Source: the human T2T-CHM13v2.0 reference genome, Homo sapiens
NCBI RefSeq assembly: GCF_009914755.1
Contig: NC_060940.1
DNA length: 64,000 bases
Direction: 5' to 3' (one strand)
A model generated the notes under the pieces. It ran no database searches, was not told where the DNA came from, and worked only from the letters and a program-made list of their open reading frames with translations. This document shows, piece by piece, positions 28,351-44,149 of the stretch. The stretch's first letter is position 1, and every line of letters begins with the position of its first letter. Made by a program: the position numbers and the translations under genes.

Positions 28351-28679
28351 ATGCAGGTCTACTACATAAGAACAAGGTTCACCTTTCATAGAATAATGCT
28401 TTTATAAAAAATAATATCCACATTGGGCTGTGTAGTTCTTAATATGCTTTCATATACCTAGATCTAGATACAAAACCAAAAGCAGTGGATAAAAGCTACA
28501 AGAAGAGAGATTTTAGATAACAAAGGAAAATGATTTTCTATAACAAAGGACTATCTTGAGACCCAGAGAGTTTCCTATTCTGGTGTTGAAGCCAAAACCA
28601 GCCCACATCTGGAATATTAATAATAAACTGGCTTAGACTACAGAACAATTTATATTATTTGGCAGTCAGTTTAGAGTAA

Positions 28680-28925
28680 TAGATGAAAACACAGGCAACT
28701 TGCATTGGTTCAAATCTGGCCCCATCACTGAATATCTGTGTGACCTTGGGCTAAATTACTTAACCTCTCTGAGCCTCAGCTGTCAACTCAAGAAACCAAA
28801 GCCCATACTGTCACCTACCTCAGAGAAAAGTGGAGAACAACGAATGAAAAAAAAAATGCACATAAAACAGCTAATATGATGTTTAGCACACACTGAGAAC
28901 TCAGGCAATATTAAGTATTTTTAGC
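28680..28925 (+). mobile_element. MIR
   Basis: 'ggttcaaatctggccccatcact..ctgtgtgaccttgggctaaattacttaacctctctgagcctcag'. Confidence 0.8.
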
Positions 28926-30013
28926 TAATAAAAATGAGTAGTTAAAATTTTGAATATTTTAAAAGCATGAATATTTCATTGTCCTTTAATCTTTGAAAAT
29001 TACGAAAACATTAGCAAATATATTAATACATATCAGTTGGCCAAATATTTAACTGCATTATACATGTTTGTACCTGACCATTCTTGGTTAAAAAAAGAAG
29101 AGGAGGAGAGGAGGTAAGTAAAGTGTACCGAATGGCTTCCACCCACAAAGTATTGTCAGTCTTATGTACTATGTCATTGCTTCCCCAAAGATAGTCACCT
29201 ATGATGTATAGTAACTCACAGTACTTAATGGATCAAGAGATTTGATATGGGCTTTTAGTAATAAATCCATAGTCCAAGAAGGGGGAATTTTCTTACAACC
29301 TATTCTCCCCAAAGAGCTATTAATAAAAAATAACTCAGAGGATATATTTCTACTAAACCAAGATTCCTGGAATATAAACCCTTATTCGAGTCACACTGAG
29401 CCCTTTATCCCCACTGAAAAAGGTCTGCAATGATTGATGAATCCTGCCAAGAGACTGTCACACATTTTGCCTTGCACCATTATGTACATTTCATCCGTAG
29501 TAAACTTTAATGTGGATATCTTTCAAGCTCTACCTGGAAATGGGCAAGTTTAAAGAAGGCCTTCCAGTTTAATAGCCCTGCAATTAGAGTCCCTATTCTG
29601 TATCAACCCGTGAAGTCACTTAGTGGGGATGCTGAGAGACCTCTACCTCTCATCTTCTCTGATCCACCCAACCAAATCCAAGCCCAAAAAGACCTGTAAA
29701 CTTGGGCTCCAGAGTAGAAAGTCGAGAAAGCGGGTGTCAACAGGAATTTCTCCTGATTGATGGTTAATTTGGAAACTCTATGAAAAGAAGAAATTCAAAG
29801 GAAATGTTGAACTCACCTGAACCAAAGTTATAGCTAGTAATTATTTCACAGCTTGGATAGAACGGAATTGAACAAGTGAGGTTTAATATATCAAAATGTG
29901 GCTAGCAATTTTAATAGTAATGGAATGTCACTTTGTAGCTAGAGAGGATTTTTTGAATTTATGTCAAAGGACTGATACAGATGGAAGAACTTATTTGGAA
30001 AAATAAGTAAAAA

Positions 30014-30377
30014 CAGTTTCTCTACCCCCGCCACATTCATGGTTTTGCTTTCCACAGTTTCAGTTACCAACACTCCAAAAATATTAAATGGAAAATCCCA
30101 GAAAAAAAAATTCATAAATTTAAATTGTGTACCCTTTTGAGTAGTGTAATGAAATGTCCACCATCCAGCTCTGTGGTGCCCAAGAAGTGAGGCATCCTTT
30201 TGCCCAGCTTATTCACACTGTATATATTTGCTACCCAGCTGTTAGTCACATAGTAGCCGCCTCAGTTATCAAATCAGAAAAACATAGTATATATAGGGTT
30301 CATTCAGCAAGGGCAGTTTCAGGCATGCACTGAGGGTTTCCCAGGAATATTCCCTGCAGATTAAGTGTGGACTACTG
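30014..30377. mobile_element. MER44A-like TcMar-Tigger MITE
   Basis: 'ggttttgctttccacagtttcagttacc..aatattaaatggaaaatcccagaa..gttagtcacatagtagccg..ttcaggcatgcactg..ggactactg' followed by TA. Confidence 0.8.
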
Positions 30378-30439
30378 TACTGTAATTAGGGTGAACTTGG
30401 AGCTCCCAAAACTCAACCAACCCACATCAATGGCTTTCC

Positions 30440-30732
<293 letters not shown>

Positions 30733-32049
30733 CTTCTGGCATTTCAAATAATTTATCTCTAACGAAACAAGCAAGCAAACAAATTCTTTTCTTTTTTTCC
30801 TGGGAGATTCAGTCTTGAGAGCGACACATGCACACACATTTAAAGATTTTTCAAGATATCTATGAAACTAAAAACATGCTTGTGACAGTTACTGACAAGT
30901 CAATCCGATATCTTAATAGAAACCAAAAATAAAGCTTCCGTGTTCCCTGTTGCCTGTTCCTAGTTCACCTTGCACATTTTTAAGAAGTAGCTAAAATACT
31001 GCTGCTCTTACTGTTTAAATTGCAAGTCTTGTTTAGGATACTGTGACGGGTAGAGGTATTGTTAATTAAGTTCACCTTGAATAATTCACTTGCTGCCTTG
31101 GGGTTGTGGGGTGGGGGGACATTGTGTTTCCTCTGGTGATGCCATTGAGATGCAGCTCCAGACACAGAAAAAGGACACTAATAATCTATGTCTCCAGAAG
31201 CGAGAGGCAGCTGCCAGAGGTGGACTCTCTTTTCCCTGGACTTAAATGTATAATTTTCCCTTAGGCCAAAAGAAATTGCTCCCTAGCCACACAGGACACA
31301 CTGGAGGGTCATTGGGAAATGATTTTTGCTCTTTCGATATCTATGTATGACCAAGAGAAAGACTTTCTTCACAAGCCCTAGACCTAGAGTGATTAAAAAA
31401 AGGGTTTGTGTTATATTTTACCACTCTTTAAAAATAAATAAATAAATAAATAAAAATTTTATTAAAAATAAAAATCTTAAATAAATAAATATTCTTAAAA
31501 TTCCATAAACCAGTTCAATAACATGCCCAGGGTTAAAGTTCTCTGCATGTCTACATCTATTACTTAACCAAGAACAACTCATGTATTCTGCCTTCCATGG
31601 GAAATTATTCTTAAAAACAATATAAAGCCCACCCTCTGTGAATTCAGGAGAGGTTGGGGTCCTTGGGGAGGAAGGAAGTTGACGAGCAAGTCAGAAATGT
31701 CACTTGGAGAGCATGCCATTCATTCCGCCGAGCTCAGTAATCTCTACAGTTAAAGGGGCAAGGCATGCTCTCCCCCATGATAAAACGTGAAATGAATTTA
31801 TACATTTATAAATAAATAATCTGACTCTAATTGGCATTTCTAAGCTCTCTCTGGGTAGCAGCTTTCTTGTTAACAAGCTACCACATTTGACACCGATAAT
31901 ATAGGAGCGTCAAAAGAGAAATTGCAAGTCTGTTTCTAAACTCTTTATTTAGTAATAGAAACTGAAAACTTTCTTCTAATACTTGCACCTCTGGACTGAC
32001 ATATAAAGAAGTTAACAATAAAAGTTTTCAAGTACAGCTAAAACTGGAA

Positions 32050-33415
<1,366 letters not shown>

Positions 33416-33425
33416 AAGGTGCATA

Positions 33426-34688
33426 AATGGGGAAACGATTCACTATTCAATAAATGGTGCTAGGATAAATGGCTAGCCATATCCAGAAAATGGAAACTGG
33501 ACCCCTTCCCTTACATCGTATAAAAATTAACTCAAGATGGATTAAAGACTTAAAAATAAAACCCACAACTATAAAAACCCTGGAAGACAACTTAGGCGAT
33601 ACCATTCAGGACATACCATGAGCAAAGATTTCATGATGAAGATGCCAGAAGCAACTGCACCACAAGCAAAAATTCACAAATTATATCTAATTAAAGAGCT
33701 TTTGCACAGCAAAATAAACTATCAACAGAGTAAACAGACAACCTACAGAATGGGAGATAATTTTTGCAAACTATACATCTAGTTTGTGATGGTCTAATAT
33801 CCAGCATCTATAAGGAACTTAAACAAATTTATCAGAAAAAAACAAACAACCTCATTAGAAAGTGGGCAAAGCACATTAACAGACATTTTTCTAAAGAAGA
33901 CATACATGCAGCCAACAATCATATGAAAAAAAGCTCAATATCACTGATCGTTAGAGAAATGCAAATCAAAACCACAATAAGATACCATCTTACATCAGTC
34001 AGAATGGCTATTAATAAAAAGCCAAAAAAATGCTGCTGAGGTTGTAGAGAAAAATTAATGCTTATACACTGTTGGTGGGAGTGCAAATTAGTTCAACCAT
34101 TGTGGAAGACAGTGTGGCGATTCCTCAAAAATCTAAAGATAAAAATACCATTTGACCCAGCAATCCCATTACTGGGTATATACCCAAAGGAATCAGTCTA
34201 TTATAAAGACACGTGCACACATATGTTCATTGAACCATTATTCACAATAGCAAAGACATGGAATCAAACTAAATGCCCATCAACAATAGACTGGATAAAG
34301 AAAATGTGGTATATATACACCAAGGAATACTATGCAGCCATAAAAAGAATGAGATCATGTCCTGTTTAGGGACATGGATGCAGCTGGAGGCTATCATCCT
34401 TAGCAAACTAACAGCAGGAACAGAAAACCAAATAGCATATGTTCTCACTTATAAAAAGGGAGCTAAATGATGGAACACATGGACACATAGAGGGGAACAA
34501 CATACACTGGCTTCCATCAGGGAGTGGAGGGTGGGGGGAGGGAGAGGATCAGCAAAAATAACTAATGGGTACTAGGCTTAATACCTGAGTGATGAACTAA
34601 TCGTACAACAAACCCCCATGACACAAGTTTACCTATACTGCAAACCTGCATATGCACCCCTGAACTTAAAATAAGTGTTTTTTTTAAT
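33426..34688 (+). mobile_element. 5'-truncated L1PA (PA11-13-like)
   Basis: ORF2 C-terminal remnants ([28 protein letters not shown]); 3'UTR 'aaaaataactaatgggtactaggcttaatacctg'; TSD ggtgcata. Confidence 0.92.
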
Positions 34689-36504
34689 GGTGCATAGATA
34701 GATGTGTGAGTAATAAGATTTAGTACTTATTTAGGTGAACACTCTCAAAATGTAGAGTAGAAACAAATCTAGTCTTCCCAGTCTTTTTAGTGCCTGCATG
34801 GCATCTTTGAAAGTTAATCCAATGGCCATGCAATCAATAAAGAAAATGGCTCTAGTTAATAATAGCCCATTCTGTAGACCCAATCCCATCCCAGTTCCTG
34901 AGCATGAAAGCAATTTAAAAAGGTGAGGGTACTTTGCCAAGAATGCCTTGCCTCATGGTGTACAGCAAGTGGATGAACAATGGACCTGGATCTCACACTG
35001 CAAATTTCTACTACTGAGCAAACCTATTTATTTATTATTGATTTCTCCAATAGGTGCATTTCCTACACAAATAATTATGACATCTTTGTGTTGCAGGAAC
35101 AATTCTAGACACTGAGGATATAGCTGGGAACAAGACGGACAATGTCTCATGAATATATCATTCTGGGGGTGGGGCGGGAAGTAGGCAACAAGCAAATCAA
35201 TTAATTTTCAGCCACTCCTACCAGTCACTGACCACCAACCCTTCACCGTCCATCAACTTTCAAACTTCTTTGATTTCTGATTCCTCTGTATCTGTAGGCA
35301 ATTTTGTATGTTCTGTGATCCCATTTCTTGGATGTCATGTATGAGATCTTTCGCTGGCTCTGTAGGCAACTTGAGGAGATAGAATATCTTCTCAAAGCAA
35401 ACTGAAGCAAGAAGGGGCTCTTGAATTCATAATTCAGCTTCCTTATTTTTAGAGATGAAGAAACTGAAGTCTGGTAGAGTTAAATCACTGACATAGCCAG
35501 GAAATAGGTCCCTAAAACCAACAGTCTCTGATTTAGAGTTCCTTCTCTATCTCTACAGCACCCACTATAATGTTGGAAAACCTATAAATTCATGACCTCA
35601 CTCTAATATTCCATACAAATATCTATATAGATATTCCATATCTAAAGACCTCCAGGGAAATATACCAGCTTCTGCTCTACCCAGACATTCAAATATTTCT
35701 CAGTTCACACCCCAGAGAAATCTGACTCCTTTCTGCCTGTTAGGAAAGCGGAGATGAGTTAGAGAGTGAACAAAGGATAACAATAAGAAGGAGAATTTTC
35801 AGACTATGAAAGAAGCATCTTGAATATTTTCCCTTTGAAATACTGGGGCATTGTCTCCCTGGTAGAAGATATTTTCCCTGTGATCACCAGTAATTCAATT
35901 ATTTCACCATGTTTTACAGCAGCAACCAAAGGTAACACCTAACGAGAAGAAACTCTGTGACACTCTTAGAAAAATATTACCTTGCCATGCCTTAATCAAT
36001 TACAGCATTGATGGCTAGTATAGTTGGCAGGGCCCTGGCTCCTTTGACCTCCTGGCCTTGGTTAAAATCTGATGTTATTTTATCTGAGAGTCTAATTTGG
36101 GTGTGTCAGTAATTAACATGTATGAAGCTCAATCTACTATTAACCTCCAGTCTCACCTTCTGGATCCCAAATCTTCCTTATGAAAACCCCTACACCGTGA
36201 CAAAATGCCAATGACTTTTTTTTTTGAATATTTAGATGTGTATCAGCTCCACATTAGAAAGAAAAAGGGAGGTTATGCTTCATAATCCCATTTTAGAGAT
36301 GGAGATGCAGAAAAAATTGGTCAGTTAATAATTATTTGATGAGCATTTACAAACCATCATTATCTCTTTCCTACAAGAATGGATGTTGTGAAGAAAATGA
36401 ATAATTAACTTAAGGTCTATTTAAATTACATTTAAATTAAAAGTGATATTTGAGAAGGTTCTGATATTATGAAGTGAAATTGAAGATCCTGTACAAATTT
36501 TATG

Positions 36505-37845
36505 TACAGTTGGCCCCCTTTCTCTGAGGTTCCTTTTTTTCTTTTTCTTTCTTTTTCTTTTATTATTATTATACTTTAAGTTCTAGGGTACATGTGCACA
36601 ACATGCAGGTTTGTTACATATGTATATATGTGCCATGTTGGTGTGCCGCACCCATTAACTCGTCATTTAGCATTAGGTATATCTACTAATGCTATCCCTC
36701 CCCCTCTCCCTCCCCACCCCACAACAGTCCCCGGTGTGTGATGTTCCCCTTCCTGTGTCCATGTGTTCTCATTGTTCAATTCCCATCTATGAGAACACAC
36801 AGTGTTTGGTTTTTTGTCCTTGCGATAGTTTGCTGAGAATGATGGTTTCCAGCTTCATCCATGTCCCTACAAAGGACATGAACTCATCATTTTTTATGGC
36901 TGCACAGTATTCCATGGTGTATATGTGCCACTTTTCTTAATCTAGTCTATCATTGTTGGACATTTGGGTTGGTTCCAAGTCTTTTCTGTTGTGAATAGTG
37001 CCGCAATAAACATATGTGTGCATGTGTCTTTATAGCAGCATGATTTATATTCCTACGGGTATATACCCAGTAATGGGATGGCTGGGTCAAGTGGCATTTC
37101 TAGTTCTAGATCCCTGAGGAATCGCCACACAGACTTCCACAATGGATGAACTAGTTTCCAGTCCCACCAGCAGTGTAAAAGTGTTCCTATTTCTCCACAT
37201 CCTCTCCAGCACCTGTTGTTTCCTGACTTTTTAATGACCGCCATTCTAACTGGTGTGAGATGGTATCTCATTGTGGTTTTGATTTGCATTTCTCTGATGG
37301 CCAGTGATGATGAGCATTTTTCCATGTGTCTTTTGGCTGCATAAATGTCTTCTTTTGAGAAGTGTCTGTTCATATCCTTTGCTCACTTTTTGATGGTGTT
37401 GTTTGTTTTTTTCTTGTAAATTTGTTGGAGTTCATTGTAGCTTCTGGTTATTAGCCCTTTGTCAGATGAGTAGGTTGCAAAAATTTTCTCCCATTCTGTA
37501 GGTTGCCTGTTCACTCTGATGGTGGTTTCTTCTGCTGTGCAGAAGCTCTTTAGTTTAATGAGATCCCATTTGTCAATTTTGGCTTTTGTTGCCATTGCTT
37601 TTGGTGTTTTAGACATGAAGTCCTTGCCCATGCCTATGTCCTGAATGGTATTGCCTAGGTTTTCTTCTAGGGTTTTTATGGTATTAGGTCTTATTTGTGG
37701 TTTCAACCAACAGGTGTGGAACCCTTGGATACAGAGAGCCAACTGTACTATGCCATGTTTTATAAGGGAGTTGAGCATCCCTGGCTTTTTATATCTGCAG
37801 AAGTCCTGGAATAAACCCCCTTCAAATAGAGAGAGACAATATACA
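36505..37845. mobile_element. Tigger3/MER2-family element split by the L1PA4 insertion (pieces 36505-36533 and ~37693-37845)
   Basis: 'tacagttggccc..ggttcc' on the left; 'ttcaaccaac..ggaacccttggatacagagagccaactgta..ttgagcatcc..gtcctggaa' on the right. Confidence 0.65.
36534..37692 (-). mobile_element. 5'-truncated L1PA4-like element (~1.16 kb)
   Basis: T-rich tail, 3'UTR 'tttagcattagg..acagtccccggtgtg', ORF2 C-terminus in ORFs 37053-37373 and 37383-37690. Confidence 0.95.
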
Positions 37846-40140
37846 TGATTATCAACCATGTTAAAAGTAAAAGAAAAAAAAGACTGGAGGGAAATTACAT
37901 AACACAATAGTGATTATCTCAGGATGTTAGATTTTTTTCTGCATTTTAAACTATTCTCCAATTGTCAAGTTTTCCACCATGAGAAAAAAATATCTTAAAA
38001 GGTATTTTTTAAAACTTTAAAAGATAGATAACTAAAATCTTAAGAGATTTTTTTTCTCCCTCGGTGCACTAGAAGAATCCAGTCTCAACCCTGCCTACCC
38101 TCCTTCATTCCACTGGTTAAGGGGACCCTTCATAAATCTGATAACACTTGAGATGATCTACATCTATTCTCTGTGTTCCACCCAGGGCCTTACATTGAAA
38201 ATAAGGCTGTTGCCTTGCTTCCTGTTTGCTACCAGATTGCTGAGTGGCTTTGTTTAGCATAATTTCCCGAGGCACTTATTGCATGAGTGATATCCATGAT
38301 GGAACCTATAAATTTATATGACAAATCAAGGAAATGTTTCCTCACAAAGCTTTAAGAGGCAATATTATTTAAATCCGTCTTTTCACATGAGATCATGTAA
38401 TATATATTGCTGGAGTAATTAAGAATGAAGACATAAACTCATTTGATGTGTACTGTAAAGATGAAAACACTCAGAAATTATTGACTGTCCATAGTTTACC
38501 ACCTCCAGCCATTTAGAGAAAATGCAATCAGTTTAGATGTAATGTGGCAGAGGTTTGAGTGAGAATAAAACTAAGTTTATGTCCCTTAACCCTATGTGAA
38601 ATTCATTAACTAGCCGGCTCAGGAAGTTCTCTAATTTAAGAAAGCTACTTCATTTCTTAAATGAAGTGACTGTGTCTGACTTTTCTGCTTCTCTTTCAGT
38701 TTTCACAAATTTTCCCAACCCATTTTGTCTTCATCATCACTTTTTGTTTCAAGGACTAAGGGAGCTAGCTGTCAAGGCACTCATACTTTAGGCAGAGCTA
38801 TGACGTATAGCACAATGCCTCACTAAGGGTAACTCACTTAGAAAGACATTCAGAAACCAAGATAGGGCCTCCATCTGGTTGTCAACTCAGAAACTCCCTT
38901 TCCTCTTGTGTATTTCCTTACTACATCCTGAGCTTTGGAACATTTTCTTCAGACTGTACTACTAAGTTTACTTTGATTCTAGGTTTCTGAGTGTTGTTAC
39001 TTCGCCTTCAACTGACCTAGGGCTCCAAATATTTGGGTAATGAGAGTAAAATTTCTTGAGAGTCACACCTACCATGTTTTAAATTCCTCTTTGCACACAT
39101 TGAAAGGGGACTGTTGCTTCTTTTAGAGTGATAATAACTATGGATTATTAAAAGGACCTACAGAGTGTCCAAAACCATTAATTTAAAATTTTAAAAAGAC
39201 CAGGTCAGGAGAGTGTTACTTTTCATTATGAACCTCATAAAACTATTAAGTCTTGAAACTACATTGTTGAATTATTTGATTAAACAGAAGCTAAGATAAG
39301 ACAGAAAGAGAAAGACAGAAGGAAAGAAAGAAAGTTAGGCATCTAAGTATTGTATTATAAATTTAAGGGTAATCACCGAAAGGCCTGACATACAAACGGT
39401 AAATCATAGTTTCCAAACCAGCAGAGAAAACCAAAATGAATAAACAGAATTCTGTCAATCTACAGGAGTCATGAGAAATAAAAAAAGAAAATTCTAAGAA
39501 AGACCGTAAGAAACTGAAAACCAAAGACAGCAGAAATATGGAAAAAATCAGTATATTGATTCAAGGAAATATCAAATTGAACAAACAAAATCCAATTGTT
39601 TTCTGCTTAGAGAGACAGAAGTAAAGGAAAATGATACAGAAAAGTTGAGAATGAAGAGCTGATAAAAGAAAAAGTTATATACAACATTAAAACTGGTATA
39701 GTGATAGTATTATCAAAATAAAATAGCATTTAAAGCAAGAGATTCTAATAATAATAAAATGGGGCATTGCATAGTGAAAGAGAAATAACCACCAAGAAGA
39801 TATGGAAATCATATGCATCTAATATATGCATCTTAAAAATAGAAAACAAAACATGGCTTAAAGTTATAGGGTGTGAGATATTAACAAACTTCCTTTAGAA
39901 ACTAATCAACAAAATAGCCAAAAACAAAACAAAAACAAAAATATGAAAGATACAATAACACAATCAATAAGCTTTATTATTAGTGACATAGTTCATACTT
40001 GAAGTGACTCTCTGTAGAAGGCCACTTTGATTTATAAATTCATAGACATATCTATCTTTCTATTCATCTGGAGATAGAAAGAAATTTTACCCAACAAATA
40101 GGAATATGCATTTTTAAGTACATTTGGAACATTTAACTTT

Positions 40141-40500
40141 TAAAAATATATTTATTTATATATATAAATATATATATGTACATAATTATGTTTATTCATT
40201 TTGGTTTCCTCTGCTGGTTTGGATGCTATGACTTAGAGTTTGCATAGCAGGCCTTTTGGTGATTACCCTTAAATTTATAATACAATACTTAGATACCTAA
40301 CTTTATCTCTTTCCCTATCTTTAAATAAACATATATGTATATATACTTTATATGCATATAAATATATATTTGTATATATTTTTATATGCAGATAAATATG
40401 TATTTGTATATATTTAAAGGTATTGATATATTAATACATATATACATATTAAATATATGTTAAACACACACAAATATATATTAAGCATACATACATGCAA
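40141..40500. repeat. TA-rich low-complexity tract containing a ~134-bp inverted duplicate of 39311-39446
   Basis: (TA)-rich at 40141-40188 and 40325-40500; unique insert at 40189-40322. Confidence 0.9.
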
Positions 40501-40956
40501 CTAAAATGCACACCCTAAGTAAGCCATTGATTAAAGAAATTGCATTGTAATTATAGAATATTTAAAAAAAGACATAAACCTTATATATAAAAAATACTTA
40601 TGGGATGTATAATACATATGTCCAGCAATAAAAAGAACATATAACTAGCTCCTACAAATCCAAAAGAAAAAGACAAACAAAACAATAGAAAAGGAAGCAA
40701 AATATTTGACTAGGCATTTCACAAAATAGAATAAATATCTAAATATTCAATAAACTTATGAAAGCATGAGTTCTACTTCATTAGTCATCAGAGAAATGCA
40801 AATTAAAACCACAAATAGATACCACCACACATCCAGAATGCCTAAAAGAAAAAAGGAAGTACTAACTGTTGGCAAGAATTGACTTGAACTTTTATAAATC
40901 GCCAGTGGGAAAGTTAAATGATGCAATGATTTTGGAAAACTCTATGACAGTATTGA

Positions 40957-41353
<397 letters not shown>

Positions 41354-41779
41354 TAACAATAGAATCCTAGATTGCAATAAGAATGAATAATTTACAACAC
41401 CATGCAACAATATGAATGAGTCTCACAAAATGTTTAACAAGAGAAGCCAGATAGAAAAAGATACATGATCTATGATCCCATTTATCTAAAGTTAAAAGAA
41501 TGAGCCAAATAAATTAATAATTTTAGAAGTCAATACAGTATACTTGGGTGGCTAGTGACTGGAAGGGTGTTGAAAGGGGGGCTGCAATCAGGGTACTTGC
41601 TACACAGGTATGTTCAATTACTGAAAATGCATAGAGCATTATATTTGTATACATTTGTCTTTATTTATATTACATATTTGTGAAAGTTTATTTTAAAATT
41701 ATGGGGTGCAGCTAAATACTTAGAAACAAAAGTATAGCCTTTAAATGCGTGTATTAAAAAATAAGAAAAACAAAAGCAA

Positions 41780-42222
41780 GTAATTGAATCCCATCTCCCA
41801 AGAAGATATGTTCAAGTCCTAATTCCTGGTACCTGTGAATGTGACCTCATTTGGAATTAGAGCCTTTGCTGATGTAATCAAGTTAAGATGAGGTCGTACT
41901 GGAGTAGGGTGGGCCCTAAATCCAATATGATTGCTGTCCTTATAAGAAAATAAGAGACACAGACAGAAGCATAAGAAGAAGGCCATGTGAAAATAAAACT
42001 AGAAATTATAGTTATACTGCCAAAAGCCAGGGAACATCTAGGTCTACTAGAAGCTGGAAGAAGCAAGGAAGGATCCTTCTCTAAAAGTTTCAGAGGGAGT
42101 GTGGCCCTGCCAATTCCTTGATTTTGGACTTCTAGCTCCTAGAACCAGGAGAGAATGCATTTCTGTTTTTTAAGCAACCCAGTTTGTGGTTCTTTATTAT
42201 GGCAACCCTAGAAAATTAATAT
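41780..42222 (+). mobile_element. MLT1B-like solo LTR
   Basis: 'gatatgttcaagtcctaa..gtacctgtgaatgtgacctcatttggaa..gggtgggccctaaatccaatatga..cagtttgtggt..atggcaaccctagaaaattaata'. Confidence 0.9.
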
Positions 42223-42462
42223 GGTAATTAATTTACTAAGCAAAGCTACAAAAGGAACTAAAAGTAAATCCAAAGGAAATAGTTTAAAAATAATAAAACA
42301 ATAAAGATAAAGTAAATAAATAATAGTTAATAATAAAGTTAATAAGTAATAAGAACTGTAATTAATGAAAGAATAACAGTCAAAAGTAATAGAAACAATA
42401 ACAAGAATAAAAGGTGAACCTGCTGGGGAGAATGCTTAAATTAAAAACAAACGAAAAAACTC

Positions 42463-42750
42463 GGCCAGGCATAGTGGCTCATGCCTGTAATCCTAATACT
42501 GTGGGAGGATCACTTGAGCCCAGGAGGTCGAGACCAGCCTGGGCAAAATGGCAAGACCCTACCTCTCCAAAATTTAAAAATTATCTGGGCATGTGCCTGT
42601 AATCCCAGCTACTTGGGAGACTGAGGCGGGAGCATCCTGTGAGTCCAGGAATTCTAGGCGGCAGTGAGCTATATCAAGCCACTGCATTCCAGCCTGGACA
42701 ACAAAGAGAGATCCAGTTTCTAAGTAAGTAAATAAATAAAGAAATAATAA
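42463..42750 (+). mobile_element. AluJ with small internal deletions
   Basis: ggccaggcatagtggctcatgcc..ggatcacttgagcccaggagg..; (TAAA)n tail. Confidence 0.9.
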
Positions 42751-42849
42751 TAAGATTGAGTAAATGAAAGAGAAAGGCTACTTACAGTAATATTAGAAAT
42801 AAAAAACTACCAAACAACAGATACAATAGATTTTTAAATTTTAAAACAT

Positions 42850-43945
42850 GTTTTAACTTTTCATTTTATAAGAACTTCAGAATTAAAAAAAATTAAAAAT
42901 TTTTGCAGGATTCTGGTATAACCCTCATCCAAATTTCCTTAACTGTTAAAATTTTGTCAAATGTTAACATAGTACAAAGATCAAAAACAAAACTTTCGTG
43001 CAATATCATTAACTAATCTATAGACTTAACCTGAATTTTACCAATTGTTTCACAATTGGCCTTTATCATGCTCAGGATCTAATCCAAGTTCACACATTGC
43101 ATTTAGTTGCCATGTCTCCTTAGTTTCTTCCATTCTGAAACAGTTACACAGTCCTTTGTCTTTTATGACTGATACTTTAGAAGAGTACTGGCAAGTCACT
43201 TTGTAGAATATTTCTTAATTAGAGTTTACCTAATATTTCCTCATGATCAAATTCAAGTTATGAATTTTGGCAACAATACTGCAGAAGTGATGTCATAAAT
43301 TCAATATGCCTCATTACTGATGATGTTAACTATCATCATTTGGTTCAGATGGTTTCCCTACTATAAAATTATCTTTTTTCCTTTATAATTAATGAATATC
43401 TTGAGGAGGAAACACACTGAGATGATGCAAATATTCTGATTATCATCATAATTTCTCCCAATAATTTTAACATCTATTACTTCTCTCTGCAATAATTATT
43501 GCTGTGGTATTTGTCAAATGGCGATTTTCTGTTGCATCATTCATTTTTATCTATTAGTTTATTAATTGAAAGGCACTAGTTTAATAATTGAAGTATTCCT
43601 TCAGGAAAACCTGTCCGTTCTTCTCCACTTATTTATTTAATCAATCAATCATTTGTTCACATCTATATAGACTCATGGATATTTGTTTTATTCAGTGAAT
43701 TATCATAAAATACTATCATTATTTAGTTGCCTTAATTACTCCAGATATGGCTATTGGGAACTCCTGGATGAGTTTCTGTGTATTTTAAACATGCTTCTAT
43801 CAGCGTTTTAGCACTTTTTAACTTTCTGGTACCACAAGATGCTTTAAGTTTTGTTATACTTTGCTGACCTCAACTGGGTAATCAGCCATTTCTTCATGAA
43901 GCCCTGGATACTTTTATTGGAAGATGGATTTAGTAACAAGATCTT
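42850..43945 (-). mobile_element. L1MC4-like 3'UTR
   Basis: 'cacattgcatttagttgccatgtctccttagtttcttc..agagtactggcaagtcactttgtagaat..cagccatttcttcatgaagccctgg'. Confidence 0.8.
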
Positions 43946-44149
43946 AAAATAAATAAATAAACATAACCCACTTTATGTCAATTTTTTAAACTTATGTGAA
44001 ATAGATAATATTTTAGGAGGGAAAAAAATAATCAGAATAAACTCAAGAAGACTGTCAACTCCTGCAACTAGTCTCAGAAACCAGCAATAAGTAGGTAAAG
44101 CTATCCAGATAATTTTTTTCTTTACATTTATTTATTTATTTATTTTTGG

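Noticed and set aside
29817-29938. Putative minus-strand exon with perfect CAG|GTGAGT donor
   Set aside because: Stop codons in all three frames and a weak acceptor; a perfect donor 9-mer is expected by chance in a window this size.
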